A DNA stretch of 64,000 bases from Octopus vulgaris (lineage: Eukaryota). Both the position numbers and the translations under genes were made by a program. The notes below the pieces were generated by a model, which saw nothing but the letters and a program-made list of their open reading frames with translations, was not told the DNA's origin and made no database searches. Positions 52,271-63,644 of this stretch are shown piece after piece (position 1 is the stretch's first letter; each line of letters opens with the position of its first letter). Location of the stretch: contig OX597819.1 in the NCBI GenBank assembly GCA_951406725.2, positions 28,396,001 to 28,460,000 of the forward strand. Direction: 5' to 3'.

Positions 52271-53916
52271 GCGGGTAAGCAAGGGCAGGCTACCCATAGA
52301 AAATTCAGCTCCAAAAAAGCCTCATGATAGCAAAGGAGAATGATTTTGAATATTGTGGTTCTTGTATTCACCTGATGAAAATGGTTTTTTCTAATGATGT
52401 AATGTCTCTATAAATCAATAAAAATTAATTGGAAACAGGTGTGTTGAATTCATACATTATTCATCTGTTGTTATTTATTTATCCTCTGCGTAAAAAATGA
52501 TGGCTAATTGTAGTATTCTATGTATAAAAAATGGTACAAAAAGGTGAAAAAATTCATCAAACAGGGCTTCAGTTCTGTGTGTGTGTGTGTCTGCATATGT
52601 ATTAATTTATATGTATGAGTAGCACAGTCTGTAGAAAACACAATTTTCTATACTTTGTCACAGTCCACTTCGTTCCTCTTTTTAAGTGTGTCTGTTTATA
52701 TATATGTATGTGTAAATGCGCATGTGTCTGTAATTCTATTTTTTATGTATCTTTCTAAATAAACTTACACAAACACATATACACTCACTCAAATATATAA
52801 ATATATTTTACAGAAACACACACATACACACACACAAACATTCACATTCCCCCCTTTCACAAGCACACACATATACTAACACACAGTTGAAGCACTGTTT
52901 GATTTTTGTTCCACTGTTAACTTTTCACCATCCCACTTCCATTGGTGGATCACCCCTTCCTTTTTCATTCATGTGTTGTGACGGAGAAATACAAAAGTGT
53001 ATTATTATAGTAAAAGATACATGACACTCTCTTTGTCACTTCCTCTCTCTCATTACTATTACTTTCTCTCATGCCCTCTCAGTCAGGGCTATTACTCTCA
53101 CTTCTTCTCCTTCACTGAATTACTATTTTATCTCCTCTCCCTTCACCCCTACTGTGTGATTTTGGACAAATATATATATTTATATATATATTTGTCCCTT
53201 TTGTGTTACATTTTTTCTTGCTTGTTTACCCCTCTACGAGTTTATTTTATTTTAATTCTCTCATAGGAAGGCCTAGCTTGACCTTACATGTTCTGTCTCT
53301 GCCTTTGAAACACGTGTCTGCTAGCGACAGCTGATGAAGGGGATTTTTTCTTGTGCAGCATGTCCTGTACTTCGTTTTTCTGCTGCACTTAATTGTTTTT
53401 CCCATTTTCGTTTTCGTTTCGTCTTGTTCCACGTCTCTGTCCTTCTGTTGTAACAAAATGTCTTTTCCGTTTTCGTTCTGTTGATTTTTTCGTCTTCCTG
53501 TGATGTCCTGTACGTATATATATTTATATATGCATGTATATATACATGTAGATGTCGGTACATACATATATGTTTGTATGTATGCATATATTTTATTTAT
53601 TACATTATATATTTATATATATATATATCTCATTATTATATTAGGAGATTATTCAACTTTCTTGGAACCGGTGGCATGTGTAAATCTGAAGTATATTATG
53701 GACTGTATATTTAGAACAGGGTTTATTTCTTGATTAGCCTCAGGGCTGTTGATATACTCAGTTGGGTACAGTTAATAGCATACATAAACTGAATATATTT
53801 CTACTTGTACCTTGGTACCCTCATACATATTCCTCTTTTTTTTATTGTGTACACATTTTACCTTTTGACCCGACCAGGAGCCTTACCATTCTCTCTGATT
53901 CACTTGAATCCTGATC

Positions 53917-53979
<63 letters not shown>

Positions 53980-54171
53980 GTTTAGCGTCCGTTTTCCATG
54001 CTAGCATGGGTTGGACGGTTCAACTGGGGCCTGTGAAGCCAGAAGGCTTCATCAGGCCCAGTCAGATCTGGCAGAGTTTCTACAGCTGGATGCCCTTCCT
54101 AACGCCAACCACTCCGTGAGTGTAGTGGGTGCTTTTTACATGCCACCGGCACGAGGCCAGTCGGGGCGGCG

Positions 54172-54207
<36 letters not shown>

Positions 54208-54507
54208 TATGTCTGTTTATATATATATATATATATATATACACGCACACACACACACACACACACACATATTATTCTTATGCAGGAATATTCTTGACAG
54301 TGACTTTGAAGATTTGGCCAGCTAACCCATCGTCGGACTGTCTTAGATGGTCAAAACTCCTAAGTCACAATTAAGAACATTCTTTTGTATAAGAATAATA
54401 AATTTGTACTCTACAAACGTACAGAGTAACCCATCAGATTAATGTAAAATTGTTTTTATTATAACTGAACTTAAAAACAAACATTAATGCATATATATAC
54501 ATGATGC

Positions 54508-54538
<31 letters not shown>

Positions 54539-54889
54539 ATGTACGCACACACACATACACACACATATAATATGTATATGTGTGTGAGTGTATATATATA
54601 TATATATATATATTCTCTCCTTGTTTCTCTCCTTTTTCTTTTTCTGTGTCCCTTTCTGTAGAAGAGCGTAGGCTCAAAATGTAAAAGACTTTTTCTATTC
54701 CTGAGCATTATACTAATACATCTGTTTGTTTTGTACACCACCTGTCTTCATCTTTTGTTTTTTTTCGTAAACTCTCCCTATATATATATATATATATATA
54801 TATATGCTGTGACTACAAAGACCCGGGATGCTTCCGGCTCCAGTTCCGCATAGCCCCTGCCCATTCAAAGTACCTTGGATCCCGGAATG

Positions 54890-55367
54890 TCTTGCTGTGC
54901 TTGAGGAGACCTGTTGAGTCAAGTGCATGTACACGAACAGCGAAACAAATATCAATGGAAATAGTAGTTGTGATACCTGTGTTGGTGGCACATAAAAAGC
55001 ACCATCCGAACGTGGCCGTTACCAGCGCCGCCTCAACTGGCTTCTGTGCTGGTGGCACATAAAAAGCACCATCCGAACGTGGCCGATACCAGCGCCACCT
55101 TGGCTGGCTTCCGTGCCGGTGGTACGTTAAAAGCACCAACCGATCGTGGCCGGTTCCACACCCCCCTGGCACCTGTGCAGGTGGCACGTAAAAAGCACCC
55201 ACTACACTCACGGAGTGGTTGGCATTAGGAAGGGCATCCAGCTGTAGAAACTGCCAGATCAGACTGGAGCCTGGTGCAGCCCTGGCTTCCCAGACCCCGG
55301 TCGAACCGTCCAACCCGTGCTAGCACGGAAAACGGACGTTAAACGATGATGATGATGATGATGATGA
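54890..55367 (+). mobile_element. SINE family D with (GAT)n tail and internal tandem units of about 60 bp
   Basis: GTGGTTGGC.TTAGGAAGGGCATCCAGC...GGACGTTAAACGATGATG. Copies at about 1387-1635, 12259-12535, 35589-35761, 40030-40420, 40710-41135, 41878-42290, 45121-45437 and 53948-54171. Confidence 0.85.
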
Positions 55368-56263
55368 TATATATATATATGTATACATACACATAGAGGA
55401 GTTACAGAATGGAGTAGATAAGATCCGTCTAATTCATTCCATAGCTCATGTATGCTTATTCACACACCTGATAACCCAGGTTGCCTACTATGAAATATGA
55501 AAAGAACTTTTTTCAGCTTATACTTTGATAAGAAAAAAAATCCACAACCTTCCGTCTCATAGGCCACTATTGGCCCTGAACGTTGTTTTGTTATACTTAC
55601 TATATGGATTACTTGAAGCTAACTTTCTTCCTACACTTCAATCCATGGATCTTACATTTATATATATATATATGTACATATATATATGTGTACATATATA
55701 TATTATTGTTTATGTACTTTATTGATTTTTAGAATAATGTTTTTTATAGTATATTCAATTTTTTTCTTTATGGTGTGAATAACGTCTTTCACCATTGAAT
55801 TGCTTAATAGGGGTTTTATCTCTAAATTATATACATACATACACACTCACACACACACACACATATATATACATATATAGTTGTTCAAATTTACAGAAAA
55901 CAAAAGACAAAAAGAGGTGTTGGAACAACAAGCAGGTGTATTAGTTTAATGCGCAGGAAGAATGGAAAAGTCTTTTATGTTTCAAGCCTACGTTCTTTGA
56001 CAGAAAGAATTAAGAGGAAAGAAACCGAGAAAGAATTTAAAAAATCCAAGAGAGAAAAAACATTTTTTCTGGGATTAACAGTTCAGCATACATACATATA
56101 CAACAGGGTTCTTTCAGTTTTCCTTTAGCAAATCCAGCCACAAGGCTTTGGTCATCCCAAGGCTATAACAGAAAACACATGCCCAAGGTGCCACACAGTG
56201 GGACTGAACTGGGAACTATGTGTGGCAAGCTTCTTGCCACACAGCCATGCCTGTGTGTGTGTA

Positions 56264-56334
<71 letters not shown>

Positions 56335-56335
56335 T

Positions 56336-56550
56336 AGTAAACACATAAATGTGAAACAAGGTGGAAAAAAGAGTACTCAAATACCAGTGGTAGAGTAATA
56401 TGCTTTATTTTAAGCAGCAGAAAATTCAACAAAATCTGTTACTCTGAGTTTCTCGTTGCTGTTCATCAGACAGTTTTTCTAGCAAAAACTGTCTGATGAA
56501 CGGCAACGAGAAACTCAGAATTTTGTTGAATTTTCTGTGCTTAAAATAAA

Positions 56551-56551
<1 letters not shown>
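56336..56551. mobile_element. Fold-back element within (TA)n, carrying a hammerhead-like core
   Basis: Arms 56403-56478 and 56484-56551 around ctagc; a single-arm relative lies at about 30343-30470. Confidence 0.85.
56436..56473 (-). ncRNA. Candidate minimal type I hammerhead ribozyme
   Basis: CUGU-CUGAUGA-acaGCAAcga-GAAA-CUC-a-GAG-UA-ACAG; stem I CUGU/ACAG; palindromic stem III; GUA site. Confidence 0.6.
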
Positions 56552-56608
<57 letters not shown>

Positions 56609-56860
56609 AATAAATGTGTGTGTGTATATATATATATATATGTGTGTGTGGATGTATATATATATATATACATATATATGTACATCCACACACACACACA
56701 CATATGTATGTGTGTATGCATGCATGTATGTATGTATGTATGTATGTATGTATGCATGCATGCATGCATGCATGTATGTATGTATGTATGTATGTATGTA
56801 TGTATGCATGCATGTATGTATATATGACAATGAATGTATACAGATATATGTGTGTGTTTG
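56552..56860. repeat. Compound microsatellite (TA/TG/CA/TATG/CATG)
   Basis: Read directly. Other large tracts at 28236-28294, 31203-31286, 42658-42710, 46196-46312, 56262-56332 and 61648-61730 (TATC). Confidence 0.95.
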
Positions 56861-58420
56861 TTTTTGTCCTGATGCCATGAGACAGTTGTGAAAGAGCAGC
56901 CTCATCATACAAGGAATATCGTTGTCATGATGTCGATGATGGTGATGATGTTAAATGAAAAGGCTGTAGGCCGTAATACAATTTACATATTTGCTATGAG
57001 TCCATGTGTATTATCAGCTAGAAAAATGTCTGTGTGACTATTAGCATGTAAGCACACAGTGGCAATTCGGATGACAGGTGTACGTGACAAAAGGTGCATA
57101 AGACATTGAGATAGTAACTGGCAGCGACTGTGAGTCATGTATGCATAAGTATGTATGTACATAAGCCTGTGTCTGTTTGTAAGGAAGAGACAGCATAAAC
57201 ATTAGTAAGCATGGGGGAAAAAAAAAGCATAAGAGTAAATGACGAAATAATATTTTTGTCACCGTCATTTATGTACCCCTCCTTGTCTCCACCAGTTTTG
57301 GAAGCTGTTATTCAAATGTGCCAGTAAAGTCTGGAATTTAAACTCCCCCCCACCTGAAAGGAAGTATTCAGAATTTAAAAAAAATCTTTTGAAATATCAG
57401 TTTTCTTTTCAAATGAACTATGCATTATTGTTCTTTTCTACTCTAGCCACGAGGCCCGACATTTTGGGGTAGGGAGCCAGTCGATTAGATCGACCCCAAT
57501 ATGCAACTGGTGCTTAATTTATTGACCCCGAAAGGATGAAAGGCAAAGTCGACCTTGGTGGAATTTGAACTCAGAACGTAATGGCAGACGAAATACCTAT
57601 TTCTTTACTACACACAAGGGGCTAGACACAGAGGGGACAAACAAGGACAGACACACGGATTAAGTCGATTACATTGACCCCAGTGTGTAACTGGTACTTA
57701 TTTAATCGACCCCAAAAGGATGAAAGGCAAAGTCGACCTCTGCGGAATTTGAACTCAGAACGTAGTGGCAGACAAAATACCACTAAGCATTTCACCCGGC
57801 GTGCTAACGTTTCTGCCAGCTTGCCGCCTTATGCATTATTGTTGTTGCTTACAATAATGCTGATGTTGTTGATTGTGATGATAATGATGATGCTATCATT
57901 GTTTAATCCTGGGTCAGCCCTAAATCCAAGGGATATGTGTATCTAGGATTTGAGGGAGATTTTCTACTATTTCTAGCATGGAGAATTCCATGTTGGTTTG
58001 GCTTGTTAATCTTGTACCCACATTTCCATGTTAGTGAAGTTTACAATACTCTTCCTCCATGCAGCTTAATTCCTTCATAATCTCATCTGTTAATTACAAC
58101 ATGAGTATAAGGAGGTGCTTTTCTGTGGTTACTCAATCTACTAGAAATAGTAGCAGCCAAATTTATCTCAAACCATACCTTACCACAGTGGTTTTCGAAG
58201 ATTGCAGTTTGTGAGCTTTTAACCCTCTCAGACCAGAGAGCTTTTAACCTCCATATGGCCTTCTGGCCAAAAATTAAAAAGTTGAATATACAGCTCATGA
58301 CTTAGGCAAACTAATGGACAGAACCAGTTGCACCTTCTTTTTTTAAATGTGTTATTCATTACCGCTTTACTGAGGATGTGGCAGAGATGAGGTTTAACTG
58401 ATTCCTGTTATAGTGGGAAA

Positions 58421-59269
58421 CAGTGTTTCTCAACCGTTTTGCCCTTGTGTAACCCTTAAAATAAATTATATGCCTCAAGGAACCCCTGCACAAAAAAAAA
58501 AAAAAAATTATATACCATTTCTTTCTTATATTTTTCATTACAGTTCACATGGTAAATATCATATATATATATATATATTGGGTGTCCATAAATTTGCAGA
58601 AATCATTTAATATATCCCTAATGGTTGTTATATATTTTTGATAACATAATAGGTTAGATAGGATGATGTCTATATTGCAATATTATAATAATCAATAATA
58701 TGTTGGATCTTTTCGGTTTGAATGGCAGTTTTTTCTAGCGGTGTCATATGAAATTGTCACCCATAATTATGACCCTAGTATCGATCTATTGCATTTCAAT
58801 CTGTTTTAGGGTTTGGGTTAGTTAGGGTTAGGGTTAGGGGTGGGGGGAAGGGTATCTTTTTTTTCTTCACGAATATAAATAAACCCAATCTGTTTCTTAA
58901 ACGAGGGACATATTCATACGGCACAGAATTATTTTTTTTTTACCTCAATAGACGTATTTGATTGGTTGAAATTGCAGAAATTGAAGAAAAAAACAAATAT
59001 CTTACAAACTATAGAATTTTCTCAATAAAGCCAAGAGAAAAAGATGTTTTATAAACACATTCTACCAGTATACGAAGTTTAAAATGTTTTAGTTACCTAG
59101 AATTATGTTAAAAACTGCCGTTCAAACCAAAAAGATCCATATGTTGTGCATGTATAGTAATATTACAATCATGAAATTAGCATTAGCTTATCTCACTCTT
59201 TCCTGCGGAACCCCTAGGAACCTTTTGCGGAGCCCTAGGGTTCCGGGAATCCCCAATTGAGAAATACTG
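58421..59269. mobile_element. hAT-type non-autonomous element hosting the MITE
   Basis: TIRs CAGTGTTTCTCAA / TTGAGAAATACTG; 8-bp flanks gtgggaaa / gtgagaac (6 of 8 match); ggaacccc/gggttcc subterminal motifs. Confidence 0.8.
58705..59138. mobile_element. TIR MITE with internal TTAGGG repeats, copy 2
   Basis: 29-bp TIRs GGATCTTTTCGGTTTGAATGGCAGTTTTT with 2 mismatches; atatgtt is duplicated on both flanks. Confidence 0.9.
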
Positions 59270-60022
59270 GTGAGAACACTGCATGGTAGGCTTAAAAATA
59301 ATTTAAGCTTTCAGAAAATAATTACTAAACTCTTCAGTATTTTGAAAAACATATTCAAAATTTTGTTGTAATAGTTTTCTATATTTTTTCTAAACTAACA
59401 TTAACCCTTTAGATACCAACCTGCCTGAAACTGCTCTTGGTCCTATGGTACAAACTTCCCATTTTAAAGTAATCTAAATTAAAATTTCCATTAAAATTTC
59501 ATGTTAATTTATGTTTCTAACCCCAGTTGAATAATGTCAAAGTTATTTTAATAATTTTTAAAAATTATTTTCAAAATTAATTGAAAAAAGAGCAGTGTAT
59601 ATCACCAGAAATATAGTAATGATAAGGTTAAAACAGATTTTTTTTTTACAAGTCTCATATGCATACATACTCTCCCTATTCCTCTCTATCCCTCTTTCAC
59701 TCTCTCTCTCTGTACAATCTCAGTTTCACCCTCTATATTCATCTCTCTCTCTCTCTCATATGTACACACATGTACACTAAATGGCTGAAGTGGTCAAATA
59801 AAATTAAAGTAGCTAGAATGGCTATAAAGTGGAGGTTCTGGAAGTAACAATGGGTTTCTTTCTCATTTTCATATTTTCTTTCAAAGTCAAACTTCACTTT
59901 ATTTTTCTTAACTTTTTTCTTTTGCTTGCTTTTCTTTATATATTTTCTGTTATTTTTGTCTTTGTATTTTACAAATTTTTTTCTATTTATTTTTAAAGTA
60001 ATATTTCATGTTTATTTTCCAG

Positions 60023-60316
60023 GTATTTCGTCAGTTTCCACAAATGAAGGATGTAGTTACTCTGAACTTGGTTGAAGTTAGCAGTAAAATGAGTAGTTTA
60101 CAATATGAGAAATTGGTTGGGCCACATCAGCTGTCTGATTCTGCCAATAAAGCTACACCAAAATTGGACAGTAACAATTCTTTAGCATATAATCATGGCA
60201 TAAGTAAATTCAATATTCCTGTGAATTGGTATTACAAATTAGAAGATGTTCCTTCTACTTTTACTTGTTACATTGCACATGAGTTCTTTGATGTACTTCC
60301 TGTTCATAAATTCCAG
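60023..60316 (+). CDS. NDUFAF7: NDUFAF7 coding exon 5
   Basis: cag|VFRQFPQMK...LVEVS...WYYKLEDVPSTFTCYIAHEFFDVLPVHKFQ|gtattc; 294 nt. Confidence 0.97.
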
Positions 60317-61154
60317 GTATTCATTCACTTTATTTATTTATTTATTTATTTATTTATTTTGTGTTTAGGAAATAGCTGTGTTGTTGGTTACAAATTTACA
60401 AGAGGTCAATAAGTGATACTGCAGGCTTCTCTTCCCAGCTCAAGCCAGACAGCAGGACAGTTTTCCTGTGGCATCCCAGACAAGGTCCCTTATCTGAGAT
60501 TCTGTTTGCTGCAACACCTCCAGTAGCAACCTGGTATGTTCTGCTGCCAGCCCAGGCTTTGCTGCTCATCAGGCCAAGAGGGGAAAACTATCAAAGTATC
60601 AGATGCTCTTTGACAGATTTGTGGATGAACCTGTGGCAGTGGAAACCTTCAACGTTCTTGGTTCTCAGACTGTACCCATTACTCATTGCTATTGAGCTGG
60701 AGATGGCTATCTGCAAGTGCAAGCCCTGAGAGTTGGAGTGGCTGTTCCAGAACATCACCTTCACTGTCCTCTGGGGCACCACTTTTTCCATTTTGTCTGC
60801 TGGGACCATAAAGAAGACTGACATGTATTTTTAGTTATAGCTGTTGTATTGCTTAAAAATACAAATGGTTTCTATGTGCATAGTTGGAACGCTACCAAAA
60901 TTGATTTCATTTCAGATTATTGGGAGTGACAAAGGAATGTCTAGGCAACTGAGGTTCAACAAATACCACTAAGAGTATTTATTTTTGAAATTATCAGTCT
61001 TTCAATTTCCTCACCCATCAAGTCTATGAGAATTACTTAATAGTTTTTTAAGCGTATTATGAGGATGTTACTAACCATTTTTTCTAGTGTGTAAGCACTT
61101 ACATTTAACCTTTTTATAACCTCTATCTGAATAATACATATATATATATATATA

Positions 61155-61286
61155 TATTGTTATATTTTGGAATGGTCATTTTGCCAGTTTAGCCAATAAA
61201 AACACACGCACTATATATTTGGTATTATTTTGCTTCAGTGTTATTGGCTAAACTGGCAAAATGACCATTCCGAAATATAACAATAT
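61155..61286. repeat. Inverted repeat (fold-back), arms of about 45 bp
   Basis: atattgttatattttggaatggtcattttgccagtttagccaataa ... ttattggctaaactggcaaaatgaccattccgaaatataacaatat, adjacent to (TA)n. Confidence 0.9.
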
Positions 61287-61395
61287 CTGTTTCAACACAC
61301 GACTTCACATAAAAAATCTTGCACAACAAATATATAAACATACATATATATATATATATATACACGCACACACACACATGCACACACACACACAA

Positions 61396-61610
61396 CACGG
61401 GGTGCTGAAAAGTCCCTGGCTTTGGGTAAAAGAAAATGTAGGAGGATCAGTTAATTATGATTTTATTTGACATAATCCCCTTCAGGTTCACACACTTATT
61501 GCAGTGGGCCTTCAGTTTTTCTAACCCATATAAAAAAATTCAGAAGGTTGGGCCTCAAACCAAGCCTTTCACAATATCCTTGAAGCCAGAAACTTTTCAG
61601 CACCTTCTTG
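61396..61610 (-). mobile_element. Mariner-type MITE, third copy (inverted)
   Basis: Reverse-complement match to the interior of 11770-11985, with the same ends. Confidence 0.75.
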
Positions 61611-61644
61611 CATGTATATATGTATATGTATATGTATGTATATA

Positions 61645-61731
<87 letters not shown>

Positions 61732-62041
61732 ATATAGATAGGCTGGTTTATGGGGTTACTCTGGGATTCTTGCTGATAAAGGGTTCAGCCTTATGGTGTA
61801 TCTTCAAACCCCAAACATTGCTGGCCTGAGACCTCTTCAAAATATGGAGAGGGGAAAAGCCTCATTTTTAAGAGTAAAACCCTAAGTGATTATCTTTGCC
61901 ATTGTCCATTGATCACACTGCCATCTTGTGGTAACCAAAGCATCATGAAGGTAAATGATTGTCTCTCTTCGACCTTAGCTATTGGTTTCTGGCTGTGGTG
62001 CCACCAGGAACAGACGTAACAACATCACATGCCCACAGTAC

Positions 62042-62157
62042 AGGACGGGTCATTCGAAGTTTTCTTTCTTCAGTCAAGCACCAGATTATCCTCGCAATTT
62101 CAGCTGATGGATAATCTGGTGCTTGACTGAAGAAAGAAAACTTTGAATGACCTGTCT
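62042..62157. repeat. Inverted repeat (fold-back), arms of about 49 bp
   Basis: gacgggtcattcgaagttttctttcttcagtcaagcaccagattatcc / ggataatctggtgcttgactgaagaaagaaaactttgaatgacctgtc. Confidence 0.9.
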
Positions 62158-63160
62158 TTGTTTTCTTTGTATCGTCTATCTGGATGTTTTGTTGTCCCTT
62201 TTTGTATCACCTAGCTGTCCGAATGTTTTGTGTTCTTGTCTCATTTTGTATTTTATATATATATATAGCGGCATATGCACACTTTGTTCTCTTATATATA
62301 TATATATACACACACACACACGACCAGCTTCTTTCAGTTTCTGTCTACCAAATCCACTCACAAGGCTTTTTGGTTAGCCAAAGGCTACAGTAGAAGACAC
62401 TTGCCCAAGGTGCCTCACAGTAGGAATGAACCCAGAACCATGTGATTGGCAAGCAAGCTACTTACCACACAGCCATTCCTGTGCCTATATATGTATATAA
62501 TATAAATTTATATAATATCATCTAGTTTACACAATTACAAAAGAGCTAGTAATAGTTTCATACTTTAAGATACATAAATCAGCAGATTTATATAACGTGC
62601 CATGTAGTTCCAAGCAATCTGTCAGGCTCTGTTCATAACATTAGATATAGGTTAATCCTGAAACCTATGTATACCTACCAACAACCTCACCACAAATGAG
62701 ATGCAGTGGAATCGCATCAGTGATTTTTTGTATGTTTTTGCAAGGCTAATATGTGTTTCCCATGTTGTAATTCTTCCAGTTTCAACACATGATCTCAGAT
62801 CAAATCAATTACCTGGCAGGTATACTTCTGCAGTTCTAATACTTTTAAAAGAAAAATAAAAAGATATTTTTGAACCAACAAGTTGTATACATAAGCAATA
62901 GAATTCAATATTAGTCAGAATATTAGGGCTGTGAGCTGGCAATCATAAGCATGCTGGGGAAAATGCTTAGTGACATTTTCTCTGTCTTTACATTCTGAGT
63001 TCAAATTCCACCAAGGTTGACGTTACCTTTTATCTTTTTGGGGCCAATAGAATAAGTACCAGTTGAGTACTGGGGTCACTCTAATTGACTTAACCTCTAC
63101 CCCAAAGTTGCTAACCTTGTGCCAAACTTTGAAACCATTATTATTTATATTCCATTTCAG

Positions 63161-63277
63161 AAAACAGAACGTGGATGGCGAGAGGTTCTTGTTGATTTAA
63201 ATTTAGATTTATCTTCTCCGAACGATTTTAAATTCACAGTCTCAAAATCTCCTACTCCTGCTTTGGTTATCTTCCAA
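63161..63277 (+). CDS. NDUFAF7: NDUFAF7 coding exon 6; gene continues beyond the window end
   Basis: cag|KTERGWREVLVDLNLDLSSPNDFKFTVSKSPTPALVIFQ|gtaagt; 117 nt; GWREV.VD motif. Confidence 0.95.
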
Positions 63278-63601
63278 GTAAGTATATTTTTTATTTCGTT
63301 TGTCGTTCTAAATCCAGTTTTTTAATATTTTCTATTTTTATCTCTGATGTTTTAATTTCTGACAACGATGTTATCTTTTATCTTTTGTCTTTTAATTGTT
63401 TCAGTCATTAGACTGTGGCCATTCTGGGGTAACACCTTGAAGAATTTCTAGTCATATGAATCAATCTCAGTACTTCTTTTTTTCATTTTTAAGCATGGTA
63501 CTTATTCTGTCAATCTCTTTTGCTGAGCTGCTAAGTTACAGAGACTATTTCAGCAACACCAGTTGTTAAGCAGTGGTGGGAGTCATGACAACATGTATGC
63601 C

Positions 63602-63644
<43 letters not shown>

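Noticed and set aside
52365-52450. cacCTGATGA...GAAACAGGTG hammerhead-like halves
   Set aside because: The triplet is GUG and stem II is not convincing; at best a heavily decayed relic.
56426-56912. Long ORFs rich in YI/HT/CV/MY (also near 28.0, 31.0, 46.1, 53.3-54.7 and 61.5 kb)
   Set aside because: Translations of microsatellites.
58806-58850. True telomere or chromosome-fusion site
   Set aside because: Short TTAGGG tract that is internal to a multicopy MITE.
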